Positions 19,325 to 30,300 of a stretch of DNA of 64,000 bases are shown piece after piece (position 1 is the first letter of the stretch; each line of letters begins with the position of its first letter). Under the pieces are notes generated by a model, which was not told where the DNA came from, made no database searches, and was given only the letters and a program-made list of their open reading frames with translations. A program made the position numbers and the translations under genes. This DNA is from Mantamonas sphyraenae STR306 (lineage: Eukaryota; Protista; CRuMs), in contig JAPMXV010000015.1 of NCBI GenBank assembly GCA_026936335.1, positions 1-64,000 of the forward strand, written 5' to 3'.

Positions 19325-22300
19325 TCACCCAGCTCGCATCCCCCTCAGCCTCCACGCCACCCGCTCCATTTCCCCAATCACCCTCGCAAGCTCATCATTC
19401 CTTGCGCGCTGGCTCTCCACACACAGCCGCACCCACTCCAACTCATCCTCCATCTCCTGAACACCCCTTCCCTGCCTCCCCCCCACTCCACCCCAGCTCT
19501 CTCCACCACCACCACCGCCGCCCGCACCACTCTCCCCACCCCACATGCTCCACAGCTCCAAACCCCCCTCCTCCTCCTCCTCCTCCTTCTCCACCCCTCC
19601 TCCCTCCTCCCCCACAAACATCTCCCCATCCCCGTACACCTCCCACGCCGCCGCAAACACAGCCTTCTCCTCCACCCCCATTCGCTCCACCTCTCCTCGC
19701 AGCGCACGCAGCGCTCCTTCCTCCAGCTTCAGCTCCGTTCCGGGCATCACCACACGCCCACACACCTTTTCCTCCGCCACCAGCCGCACAACCTCCTCAT
19801 ACTCCACCTCCTCCCACGACGGCACCACCACCCGCCCATACTTCCCATACTCCTCCATCCAATGCACAAGGTTCTTTCCCCCCACAACTTCCTCCAGCAT
19901 CTTTGCCGTCTCCAGCATGTCGTGCCTCCGCGCGTGCTGCGTCGCGCTCTTCCCATTCTTGTCCTGCGCCTCTGTGTCCGCTCCGTACTGCACAAGCACA
20001 TACGCCACCGCCGTGTGCCCAAAGTACGCCGCCAGCGTCAGCGGCGTGTTTTCGTAAAAGCTCTCCCCAGAGTTCACGTCTGCACCCCCCTCCAGCAGCG
20101 CCACCACAACGTCCACCTTTGCCCACCGTGCCGCAAGGTGCAGCGGTTGCGACCCTTTCTTTGTCCGCGCGTGCACGTCACCACCCAACTCAATCAGCGT
20201 GCTCACCACCTCCGCGTGCCCTTCCCGCGCCGCACGGTGCAGCGGCGTACGTCCTCCCCGCCGCACATTCACGTCCACCCCCATCTCACACAGCTTCCGG
20301 ATCTCATCCACATTCCCATCTCGCGCCGCCTCGTGCAGTCGCCGCCTCGTCGTGTCCGTGTCTCCTCCCTCCTCACTTCCCGACCCTCCCGTCTCCTCCC
20401 CCGTCACCCCTTCTGCCCCCTCTCGGGCCTTGCTTTCCACCACAAACGAGTCCTCCAGCTCACTGTTGCTTACGCTCAGCCCCATCCCGCCCCCGTTCAC
20501 AAGCGCAACCTTGCGCTCTCCCTCGCTGCTCCCCGAGCTCTTTCGGCTTCCCGTGCTTCGCTTCCGCTCCCGCTCATCCTCTCGCCGCTGCAGCGCCCCG
20601 CGCAGTTTCTCCTCGTTCCCTCCATACTTCTTTGCCCACTTGCCCACACGCTTCATCCCGGCCAGATCGCTCAGCATCTCAATCGTGTCGTCCAAGTTGT
20701 TCTTTCGCGCCTGGTACGTCGCGTCCTTCCCGTACCGGTCTCGCGCCTGCAGGTCCGCCCCGTTCTCCAGCAGCTGGATCAGCAGCTCGTTGAACCCGCG
20801 GAACGCCGCAAACAGCAGCGGCGTGTTTCCAAACCCTTCGTCCCGCGCGTTCACGTCTGCTCCGTTCTCCAGCAGTTTCTTCACCGTCTTGCTGAATCCG
20901 ATGCGCACTGCCACATGCAACGCCGTACACCCGTCCGCCCCCACCGCATTCACGTCCGCCCCGCGTTCAATCAGCTCGTCTGCACGGTGGCCCTCCTTGT
21001 TGTACAGTGCCTCCATCAGCTGCTTGCCCAAAATCTTTTGCTTGTCGCTCAGCTGCTGCTTGCCCTTGCCCGCACTCGACCCGTTCGATCCTTTGCGCCC
21101 CTGTCCCCCGCTCCCTTGGCTTCCGTTGCTCGACACGCTCGACGTACGCTTCCCGCTCGAGCTCGCAACCGCGCTCCAGCTGCTCGCCCCACTTGTTCCC
21201 CCGCTTCCTCCAGACGGCCCACGCACAGACGTCTCCAGCGCATCAAACATGTCCTCTCCGCATCCCACACGTTCCGCCATCTTTCTTCCTTGCTCCGTAT
21301 CTGCTCCCAGGCTCACCAGAATCTCCACCGTCCTCACATGGCCCCCACGCACAGCCACCTCCAACGCTGTCTCGCACAAACTCCCTCCGTACTCCTTCTC
21401 CACCCACCCGTCTTCTTCGCTCTCTCCAATCACCCCTTCCAGCCCCTCCGTAAGCCCCACCTTTGCGCACACATACACCATCGCATCCACCACCGCGTCC
21501 TCCTCCCCGCGCACAAGCTGCTGCACAACCGTTCCGTTGCCCTCTTCAGCCGCGCTCACAAGGTCTCGCCACAGCGACACACGCTCGGCCACAGAATACT
21601 GTCCCTCCTCTCGCGCAATCTCCTCTCCACGTCGTACGCTCGCTCCATTCTCCAGCAGCACCTGCACCGTCTCCAGCTCCCCCGCTCCACACCCCACCTC
21701 CACCGCCGTCAACCCTCCCTTCAGTGTCTCCGCCTCCACCAGCGCCCCCTGTCGCACAAGTTCCCACGCTGCTTCCGCCCTTCCCAGCCGCGCCGCCACG
21801 TGCAGCGCGCTCTCCCCTTCATCGTTCCGCACCTCCACACACCCTGCGTCCGCCTCCACCAGCCACCGCACAACTGCTCGCTCTCCCATGCTCGCCGCCA
21901 CGTGCAGCGGCCGGTCCCCCTTGCTGTCCTTGCTTCGCAACCCGCGCACGTCCCTACTCACCGCCCCTGCAACTGCTTCCACCCCTCCACTCAGCGCCTG
22001 AAACACCCCACTTCCTCCGCCTCCGCTTCGTTTTCCTCGTCGCACCACACCGCTCATGCTGTTGCTCTTTTGCATCGACTGCACACGCCGCACATCAGCC
22101 CCGCTGTTCACCAGCAACTCCGCCATGCCCACCGCATCCCTCTCCACTGCATGCATCAGCGCCGTCCACCCATGCACATCGCACGCCTCCACATTGGCTC
22201 CAAGTCGCACAAGCGCCTCCACCATCTCTTCCTTCCCTGCCGCTGCCGCCTCCACCAGTGCGCTCCCGATCCCGGCCCCGTTTCGATTCACCCATGCCCC

Positions 22301-22870
22301 TCCCTCCACCACAGCCTCCACACATCCAACCTCCCCTCCTCTCACCGCCGCGTGCACCACACTCTCTCCCTCTCCGTTCACCCCATCCAGCGCCGCTCCC
22401 AGTTTCACCAAAGCCTCCACCGATTCTGTGCTTCCGCTTTTGCACGCTAGACTCACCGCGTCCATCCCTCCCTCATCCAACGCCCCCACCGCGGCCCCCG
22501 CTGCACCAAGCACCTCCACAGCTCGCCACTGCCCTCTCTCTGCAGCCACCTGCAATGCTGTCCGTCCTTTTCCGTTCTTCCCGCTTCGTCGCCCATCCAC
22601 CTCGCCTCCCGCCTCCAGCACCTTGCTCAATGCCTCCACGTGGCCCAGCTCCGCGCACATTTCTACCGCCCCCATCCCCTTTCCCCCCACATCTCCGTTC
22701 ACATTCGCTCCCGCCCGCACGCTCTGCACCACTCGTGCTCCTTCATCCGATTCGCACGCCTTTTGCAGAGCTCCTTGTGCCTCCTCCCGCCGTCCTCCGT
22801 TGCCACTGCCTCGTCTTCCTTCACCACTCCGTCCCTGCCCATGTCCATGCCGTCTTCCGTGTGTACTCAT
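19325..22870 (-). CDS. Ankyrin-repeat protein (1181 aa) with three ANK blocks, Ser/Gly-rich linkers and a C-terminal coiled coil
   Basis: Motifs GRTALQVAA, GWTALMHAV, GDRPLHVAA, GCTALHVAV, GNTPLLFAA, GRTPLHRAA and ENTPLTLAA. C-terminal EMEDELEWVRL...LARVIGEMERV is heptad-like. Confidence 0.9.
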   Translation of the reverse strand: MSTHGRRHGHGQGRSGEGRRGSGNGGRREEAQGALQKACESDEGARVVQSVRAGANVNGDVGGKGMGAVEMCAELGHVEALSKVLEAGGEVDGRRSGKNGKGRTALQVAAERGQWRAVEVLGAAGAAVGALDEGGMDAVSLACKSGSTESVEALVKLGAALDGVNGEGESVVHAAVRGGEVGCVEAVVEGGAWVNRNGAGIGSALVEAAAAGKEEMVEALVRLGANVEACDVHGWTALMHAVERDAVGMAELLVNSGADVRRVQSMQKSNSMSGVVRRGKRSGGGGSGVFQALSGGVEAVAGAVSRDVRGLRSKDSKGDRPLHVAASMGERAVVRWLVEADAGCVEVRNDEGESALHVAARLGRAEAAWELVRQGALVEAETLKGGLTAVEVGCGAGELETVQVLLENGASVRRGEEIAREEGQYSVAERVSLWRDLVSAAEEGNGTVVQQLVRGEEDAVVDAMVYVCAKVGLTEGLEGVIGESEEDGWVEKEYGGSLCETALEVAVRGGHVRTVEILVSLGADTEQGRKMAERVGCGEDMFDALETSVRGPSGGSGGTSGASSWSAVASSSGKRTSSVSSNGSQGSGGQGRKGSNGSSAGKGKQQLSDKQKILGKQLMEALYNKEGHRADELIERGADVNAVGADGCTALHVAVRIGFSKTVKKLLENGADVNARDEGFGNTPLLFAAFRGFNELLIQLLENGADLQARDRYGKDATYQARKNNLDDTIEMLSDLAGMKRVGKWAKKYGGNEEKLRGALQRREDERERKRSTGSRKSSGSSEGERKVALVNGGGMGLSVSNSELEDSFVVESKAREGAEGVTGEETGGSGSEEGGDTDTTRRRLHEAARDGNVDEIRKLCEMGVDVNVRRGGRTPLHRAAREGHAEVVSTLIELGGDVHARTKKGSQPLHLAARWAKVDVVVALLEGGADVNSGESFYENTPLTLAAYFGHTAVAYVLVQYGADTEAQDKNGKSATQHARRHDMLETAKMLEEVVGGKNLVHWMEEYGKYGRVVVPSWEEVEYEEVVRLVAEEKVCGRVVMPGTELKLEEGALRALRGEVERMGVEEKAVFAAAWEVYGDGEMFVGEEGGGVEKEEEEEEGGLELWSMWGGESGAGGGGGGGESWGGVGGRQGRGVQEMEDELEWVRLCVESQRARNDELARVIGEMERVAWRLRGMRAG

Positions 22871-23433
22871 TTACCCTGCCTTGCCGTTCTTGCTCCCTGC
22901 CTGGGTTATCTTGGCCCCAAAATCGTGTCCCGAAAAAAGACCCTCCTTGCCCAGCAAACGCCCGCTCCTCCCACAGCCCCTTCCTTGCCTCACAACACAC
23001 CCCACTCGCCCCTCTTTTCTACCCATACCCAACCCGTCTCTTCATTGATACAACCCCCACGCTCCCTCCCTCTCCACAGCCTCCTCCTCCTCCCTCCAAC
23101 CCTCTCCCCTCCTCATTTCCGCCCTCCTCTTCTTTCTTCAAACTTGGGTCACTCGCGTCTCAAATACCGCCCGCCTCTCCATCCTCCATGCTTCTCAACC
23201 AAACTCTCCCTCCGTCCACCGGCCCTTACTCTACAACCCCATTCTCCATTCCCCCTCCCCACACACCTCTCTCCAGCCTATGCTATCGCTGGCCAGACAA
23301 AAACCTGTCAACACATTCTTTCTGCTAAGCGACTCTCGCTCAGCCCCGTCTGCCCCTTCCGTGTGTCCCCACCCGCCCTCCTCATCCTTCCTCCCTTCCT
23401 CTCCTCCTCTCCGCCTCCTCCTCTCCCTTCCCC

Positions 23434-23934
23434 TTACCCCGGCCGGCTCAGCGACTCCAGCTCAGCCTTCAGCTCTTTGTATCGAGCCTGTAGCTGCTTC
23501 TCTCGAGTCTCCTCCATCTCCAGCTCCGTTCTCGCAAGCTCCAACTCTCCCGCCACTTCCACTGGCCCTCTCTGGCTCATTCGCTCGCTCCCCTGTCCTG
23601 TGCTTCCCGTTCCCGACGTCGTCCCTTGCCACCCAAACACGTCGTAATCTCCCAGTCCTCCTCCCGTACCCGCGATCGCACTATACATACTATCTCCGGG
23701 CAACACAGACCCCCCCAGGAACTGACTCCTTCCCTCCCCCCCTCCCGCACCGCCTGCTCCACCACCGCCGCCTCCTCCTCCGCTTCGAACCCCGCCAACC
23801 TCGATTCCGCCCAGACCCGCGTGGCTTCCCTGTCCTCCTGTCCCATGCGTCGTTCCTCCCATATTCATTCCCATCCCCAGTCCCCCGAATCCCAGGTAAT
23901 TGATGTGATGGTTCCCGTTTCCTCCTTGGCTCAT
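23434..23934 (-). CDS. Hypothetical Gly-rich protein with C-terminal coiled coil (possibly only the first exon)
   Basis: MSQGGNGNHH... to ELELARTELEMEETREKQLQARYKELKAELESL. The stop coincides with a GTAAGG donor-like site. Confidence 0.5.
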   Translation of the reverse strand: MSQGGNGNHHINYLGFGGLGMGMNMGGTTHGTGGQGSHAGLGGIEVGGVRSGGGGGGGGAGGAGGGEGRSQFLGGSVLPGDSMYSAIAGTGGGLGDYDVFGWQGTTSGTGSTGQGSERMSQRGPVEVAGELELARTELEMEETREKQLQARYKELKAELESLSRPG

Positions 23935-23999
23935 CGCAACACCACTGTTTTTGGCACACTCTTGCCCCGCTCTGCGCGCCCGCCCGCTCACACGAAACC

Positions 24000-26982
24000 A
24001 TGTCCACCACAAAGTCAGAGACCCTCGAGTTTGTCGCCTTGGACGACATGACCAAGAACAGCGACGTTACGCCTGCCCAGGACACCTTTGAGGACATCGA
24101 GGCCGACTCCTGGTACGGCCAGACCCTCGAACCCACCCGCAACAACGTCCGCCCCTCCATCTCCCAGCTTCGCTTCGACAGCCCCGGCGACTCCGAGGAC
24201 GCTTCCGCATCCATCGACAACCGCCCTCGTGCTCGTACCTCCTCTTCCACTGTCCTCCCTGCAGACGACGACGACCCCGAAATGATCCGCTCCGACTCCC
24301 TCGCTCAGGAGCCGAATCCCGTCGACAATGAGGAGCTCAACCGAGGTGCCACTGGCGCACGCAAGTACGGCATCTGGGACGGAGTGTTTGTACGTCTCTT
24401 CCTCCCCCTCCCCCCTTCCCCTCCCACACACACACCTTGCCCCTCCCCAAAACATCACCCTTGCAAAAGCCCTCTCCGCGAACCGCCTCCGCATTTTTCC
24501 CTCCGACCTCAACCCTCCTTCTCCTCCACTCCCGTCACACCCATCCACGCCCATCCCGCTTGTTCACCCCACTCCAGCTCCCCGTCCAACCCCCATCTCC
24601 ACACACCATCCCCTTCCCTGCCCGCCCGCCTCGCTCACTCCCCACAACTCCCCCCTCCAACCCTCCCAGGCCCGTTGTCTCCTCAACATCTTTGGCGTCA
24701 TCATGTTCCTACGTCTCGGTTGGGTCGTCGCCGAGGCCGGCGCCTGGGGTGCTATTGGTGTCATCCTCCTTTCCGGCTTCGTCACCACAATCACCACCGT
24801 CTCCCTCTCCGCCATCAGTTCCAACGGCCAGGTCGAAGGTGGCGGTGTCTACTTTATGATCTCTCGCAGCCTTGGCCCAGAGATCGGTGGAGCCATCGGC
24901 ATCCTGTTCTCCGTCGCAAACGCCGTCGCCATCGCCCTCTACCTCGTCGGTTTTGCAGAGACCATCGTCGGTCTCAAGTGGGCTCCCCTCTTTCCAGACG
25001 AACCCATCAACGACGTACGTGTCTGGGGACTCCTCTCCCTTGTCCTCCTCGTCATCATTGCTCTCATTGGCGTTGGCTGGGTCATCAAAACACAGATGGC
25101 CCTCCTTGTCCTTCTCGTCGGCTCCATTGTCGTCTACATGCTCGGCACCTCCACCACCCCCGCCAACCCGGCTTTTGGCTTCACTGGCTATGATACAGCC
25201 ACCTTTGTCGCAAACGAATTCGAGTCCTACTCCCCAGGCGAAAACTTCTTCACCGTCCTCGCCGTCTTCTTCCCCGCCGTCACTGGCATCATGGCCGGCG
25301 CAAACATTTCCGGCGATCTTCGCAAGCCAGAGTACGACATCCCCTACGGCACCCTCCTCGCCGTCTTTGTCTCCACCATCGTCTACTGCGTCCTCGCCGT
25401 CATGATGGCCTCCACAAACACAAACGCCTCCCTTCGCAACGACCCTCTCGTCATGGTCAACGTCGCCGTTTGGCCTCCCCTCGTCATCATGGGCATCTTT
25501 GCTGCAACCCTCAGTTCCGCTCTCGCAAGCCTCGTCGGTGCCCCGCGCGTCTTTCAGGCCGTCGCCAAGGACAACCTTTTCCCAGCCATCACTCCCTTTG
25601 CAAAGGGCGTCGGCCCCAGCCAGGAACCCCATCGAGCCTACGCCCTCGCTTTCCTCGTCGGCTCCGCTTGCATCATCATTGCAAACCTCAACTCAATCGC
25701 CTCCCTCATCACAGAGTTCTTTCTCATCTCCTACCTCCTGGTCAACTGGGCCTGCGCCGCAGCCTCCTTCTCAAAGTCCCCGTCCTGGCGCCCCTCGTTC
25801 CCCTACTACAACCGCTGGCTTGCAGTCCTCGGCTGTGTCCTCTGCTTCGGCATCATGTTCCTCATCGACGTCATCACAACCGTCATCACCTTCCTCACCT
25901 GCGCCTTCCTCTACAAGTACATCGAGTTTACCAAGCCCGATGTCAATTGGGGCGGCGCAAACCAGGCCATTAGCTACTACCGTGCCTACAAGGCCGCCCT
26001 CAAGCTCCGCGAGATCAAGAAGCACGTCAAGAACTACCGCCCCTCCTTTCTCGTCATGAGCGGCGACCCTCGCAACCGCGCACACGTCGTCCAGACCGTA
26101 AACTTCCTCCGACGTGGACATGGCGCTGCCATTTTCGGTCACATCGTCGTCGGCGCCTACGACGACTCCCTCGACGAGTACGACCGCGCCCGCGCCTCTG
26201 ACTTTCTTGTCCACTCCAAGATCGACGGTTTCCTCGATGTCGTCATCGCTCCCACACTTCGTCGTGGTGCACGCACTCTCATCCAAACCTCGGGCCTTGG
26301 CAACATGCGTCCAAACTCCTTCGTCATGGGCTACAAGGAAGACTGGCAGACCTCCATCGATTCCTCAGACGACGACCGCGCTCGCGTCGGCGTCAACGAC
26401 TACGTCGGCATCATCGAGGATGCTTTGGATCACAACCTCGCCATCGTTGTCCTTCGCAACACCTTTAAGCTCCTCCACGAGCTCGGCGACTTTACTGGCA
26501 CCATCGACGTCTATTGGCTCGTCGACGACGGCGGTTACACCCTTCTCCTGCCCCACCTCCTCTCTCGAGACCCGCGCTGGAAAAAGTGCTCTCTCCGTGT
26601 CTTTATTCGCGCCACGGGCAACATGGAGGCCGAACAGATGCGCATGGCCAAAATGCTCAAGCGCCTCCGGATCAAGGCTCAAGTCCAGATCCTTGAAAAG
26701 ATGGCCCTTCCCTCTGACGATGAGGTCCGTCACATCCTCAAGGACTACCAAGTCGCCATGCCATCGGGCAAGGTCCTCCGCCGCACCAAGCACTACATCG
26801 CCCTTGGCGACCAGTTCCGCTCCCTTTCCAAGGACGCCCCGTGCATCTGTGCCACTTTGCCCATCCCCCAGGTTCAAGACAACCGTCTTTACATGTTCTG
26901 GCTCGAGCAGCTCAGTCAGGATCTACCCCCGATGATGCTTCTCCGCGGCAATCAGGAGTCTGTCATGACCACAGGCCTGTAA
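24000..26982 (+). CDS. SLC12-family cation-chloride cotransporter (NKCC/NCC-like), ~900 aa
   Basis: Exon 1 is 24000-24389. Intron 24390-24669 (GTACGT...CCCAG) gives KYGIWDGVF|ARCLLNIFGVIMFLRLGW. Family motifs GGVYFMISRSLGPEIGGAIG, FFPAVTGIMAGANISGDL, HVKNYRP, IDVYWLVDDGG and LLRGNQESV are present. Confidence 0.96.
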
Positions 26983-27037
26983 TTCGCGTCTGAACGCCTG
27001 TACTCCCACCATGACACCAACAACACAACACAGCACA

Positions 27038-27072
<35 letters not shown>
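27038..27072. repeat. (CA)n microsatellite
   Basis: cacacacaca... run downstream of the SLC12 stop codon. Confidence 0.85.
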
Positions 27073-27074
<2 letters not shown>

Positions 27075-27372
27075 GTGCTGGTGGGCGTGCTGTGAGCTCC
27101 GACACCCTCGTCGCCTCCAGCCGCCCCAGCCTGCCTCCTCTCCCTCGACATCCGCCTGTGTTGGAATTCACTCTTCACAACCGCAACCGCAGTGCACTGT
27201 TTCAATGCATCGTCATTCGCCATCCAATTTTGTCAATCCGCACAGTCGCGTCGCTCTGTCCTGCGCACACTCAGCGCTCTTCTCCCACCACATCCCCTTG
27301 TGGCCGTGCACTTCTGTTGCACTGAGCTTACCAGCTCTTGCTCCATGTCTCCCAACAAAATTCCAATTGGAC

Positions 27373-30300
27373 ATGTCACGTAGCGGCAACGACCAAGACG
27401 ACGGCTTTCCTAGTCTCGCATCCCTTGTCGATGTGGCCATCTCTGAAGCCACAACACGTGAAACCATGCAACACGACATGCAAGTGCTTGCGCAAACCAA
27501 CCACCGTTTGCAGCGCGACAACGAGCAGCTCCGCCAGACGCTGCAAGAAACCCGCGCCAAACTCGAGACCACCAAGGACGAACTACACTCACAAACCGAG
27601 GTCACCTTTGAGCTGGAGACCAAACTTCAACTCACAAACCTCTCCATTCTTCACGAACAAGCCAATGAGAGCCTCAACTCCTCTCTGCAGCACATCCGTG
27701 ACCAGGACCAGGTCCGCAAGGCAAACGCGCGAACCTCCCGCGTCGCCGGGATGCTGGCCGATTTCCACGGCCTTTTGGACACCCTCTACGCAGACGAGTC
27801 CTTTACACACGTCACAGGCAACCGTCCGGCCCAGCGCCACACAGACCTCGTCTTTTCAGACCAGCTCGACTTTCAGTCTGCCGACGTCGACATGCAAGAC
27901 CTCGCGGACCTCCACGACGCCCTGTACGACGACCTGCGCGCATTTGTCCGCCACAGCAAAATGTCCTTTGTCGAGTTTGAATCTACGATTGCTCTCCTCA
28001 AGATGCAACTCGCAAACACAGAGAAGAGTGTCACCCAAACCTCGACCACCGTTACCACCCTGCAGGCGCAAATCGTGCAATTGCGCCAAGAACGCGCCAA
28101 ATTTGAACGCCAGGCTCAGCTTGCCCAGTCCCAGCTGGACGAGTGTACACGCACATTGGACGCGCTTACAGAGCAACACAGTCAGGAAACGGCTGCCATG
28201 CAGCGTGAGCTCCAGCAGCTCAGGTATTCGGACGGCATTTACAAAGTTTTTTACATCAACGCCATGGAAGTCCTCCGACAGAGCGACTTTGATCTCAAAC
28301 TTGCTTCCGCCGGCTCGCAGGATTCCTTCTCTACCATTGAAGAGGTGCAGCACGCGAGTGACACCCTGACAGTGCACATTGAGAACGCAACATTCGACAC
28401 TGAAACAATGCGCCAGCTTCGTGCACAAAACACCCATCTTCAGAGCGAACTGGAGCAGTTGCGTGCGCAAACACAGCAACAACACTCGGAACACGCCTTG
28501 CAGCTGAACAATCTCCAGAATCAATTCGATGAAGAACGTGCACAACACAAGGAAGCACGAACTGAGCTGCGGCTGACAACAGCCAACTTGGAGGATGCCA
28601 CCAGCCAAGCCTTGTCGTTGCAGCAGAAGCTGGACGCCGCCCTACATGCGTGCGAAATGCTCGAGGCAGATCACGACAGCATGCAACGTCAGCTTGACCA
28701 ACAGCTGCAACAACTCGCTCAAGACCAGGAATACGCTCAGCAAATGCACCACGAGAACGCTTCACTCATGGAACAGCTGGAAGCGTGCAACCACCATCGT
28801 TATCAAGGTGGCGAACAGCACGCGGCCTCCGAGACCGCCCTGCGAAACCAACTCATGGAGACCAACAACCGAATGGCACAACTTCAAAGCCAGTTGGCTG
28901 CCTCAGTGCCTCTCAACGAGCATCAACAACTAGCCCGCACTTTGAATACCACCCAGAACAAGCTCAAAGAGGCTGAAGACGCTGCCCAGAACCAAGAACA
29001 GTCCTTTAAGGAAAAGCAGCAACAGAAAGACCTGGAAACTCAGCAACTGCAGGCGTCGTTGGATTCGTTGAAGGAGGAAATGGCACGTATGGTACCAGAT
29101 ACTCTTCTTCAAGACGCCAAACTTCGAGAGAAAGCATTGGAACGCGAGGTTCATCAACTGCAGCAAGCATTGACCGCCGCAAAGGACGAACAGCAAGAAG
29201 AACGCACTGCTGCACAGCGTGAACTGAAGCAAGCAAGGAAAGAGGCTATTGTGGCGCGTGAACGGGTGGCTGAACTGGAACAGTCACAGGCACGCGCTGA
29301 GGAACAGCAGCAGGGAGACAATGCTGGAGCGCAGGAGGATATCAGCGGTGCACTGGAAGCTGCTGAGCAAGAGGTGAAGACGCTGCGGGAGCAACTTGCA
29401 GCGAGCGAGGCAGCGTTTGCAGCGATGAAGGAGCTCGAGGTGGAGATGCAAGAGAAGAACGATGCGCTGTGGAAGGAACAGAATCAGCTTGTGCTGAACG
29501 AGGAGATTGCACTGAAGCGCGCAGAGGAAGCGGAACAGGCACTGGCCGCGTTGCGAGCACGCGAAGCGGCAAGCGGAGAGGAGCTGCGTGGGGAAGTGGG
29601 TCGACTGGAGAATGCTGTGCGAGAGGCAGAAGAGGAGACACGGTTGAAGCAAGGACGGGTGAGCGAGCTTGAGAAGGCTCTTACGGCAGCAGAAAAGGAA
29701 GCACAGAAAACGGCGGAGCACGTGGCAGAGCTGGAAAAGGCACTGGCCGGCACGAAGGCAGAGATGGAAGCAGATCGGACAGCTGCAGAACGAGAAGTGG
29801 CGGTGGCGCGTGAACGGGTGGCTGAACTGGAACAGGCACAGGCACGCGCTGAGGAGCAGCAGCAGGGAGACAATGCTGGAGCGCAGGAGGATATCAGCGG
29901 TGCACTGGAAGCTGCTGAGCAAGAGGTGAAGACGCTGCGGGAGCAACTTGCAGCGAGCGAGGCAGCGTTTGCAGCGATGAAGGAGCTCGAGGTGGAGATG
30001 CAAGAGAAGAACGATGCGCTGTGGAAGGAACAGAATCAGCTTGTGCTGAACGAGGAGATTGCACTGAAGCGCGCAGAGGAAGCGGAACAGGCACTGGCCG
30101 CGTTGCGAGCACGCGAAGCGGCAAGCGGAGAGGAGCTGCGTGGGGAAGTGGGTCGACTGGAGAATGCTGTGCGAGAAGCAGAAGAGGAGACGCGGTTGAA
30201 GCAAGGACGGGTGAGCGAGCTTGAGAAGGCTCTTACGGCAGCAGAAGAGGAAGCACAGAAGACGGCGGAGCACGTGGCAGAGCTGGAGGAAGCAGTGGCA

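Noticed and set aside
17973-23647. Long Pro/His/Ser-rich plus-strand ORFs (19082-22450, 18583-20793, 21463-23328)
   Set aside because: Antisense shadows of the minus-strand ankyrin and GTPase genes in C-rich sequence with few stop codons.
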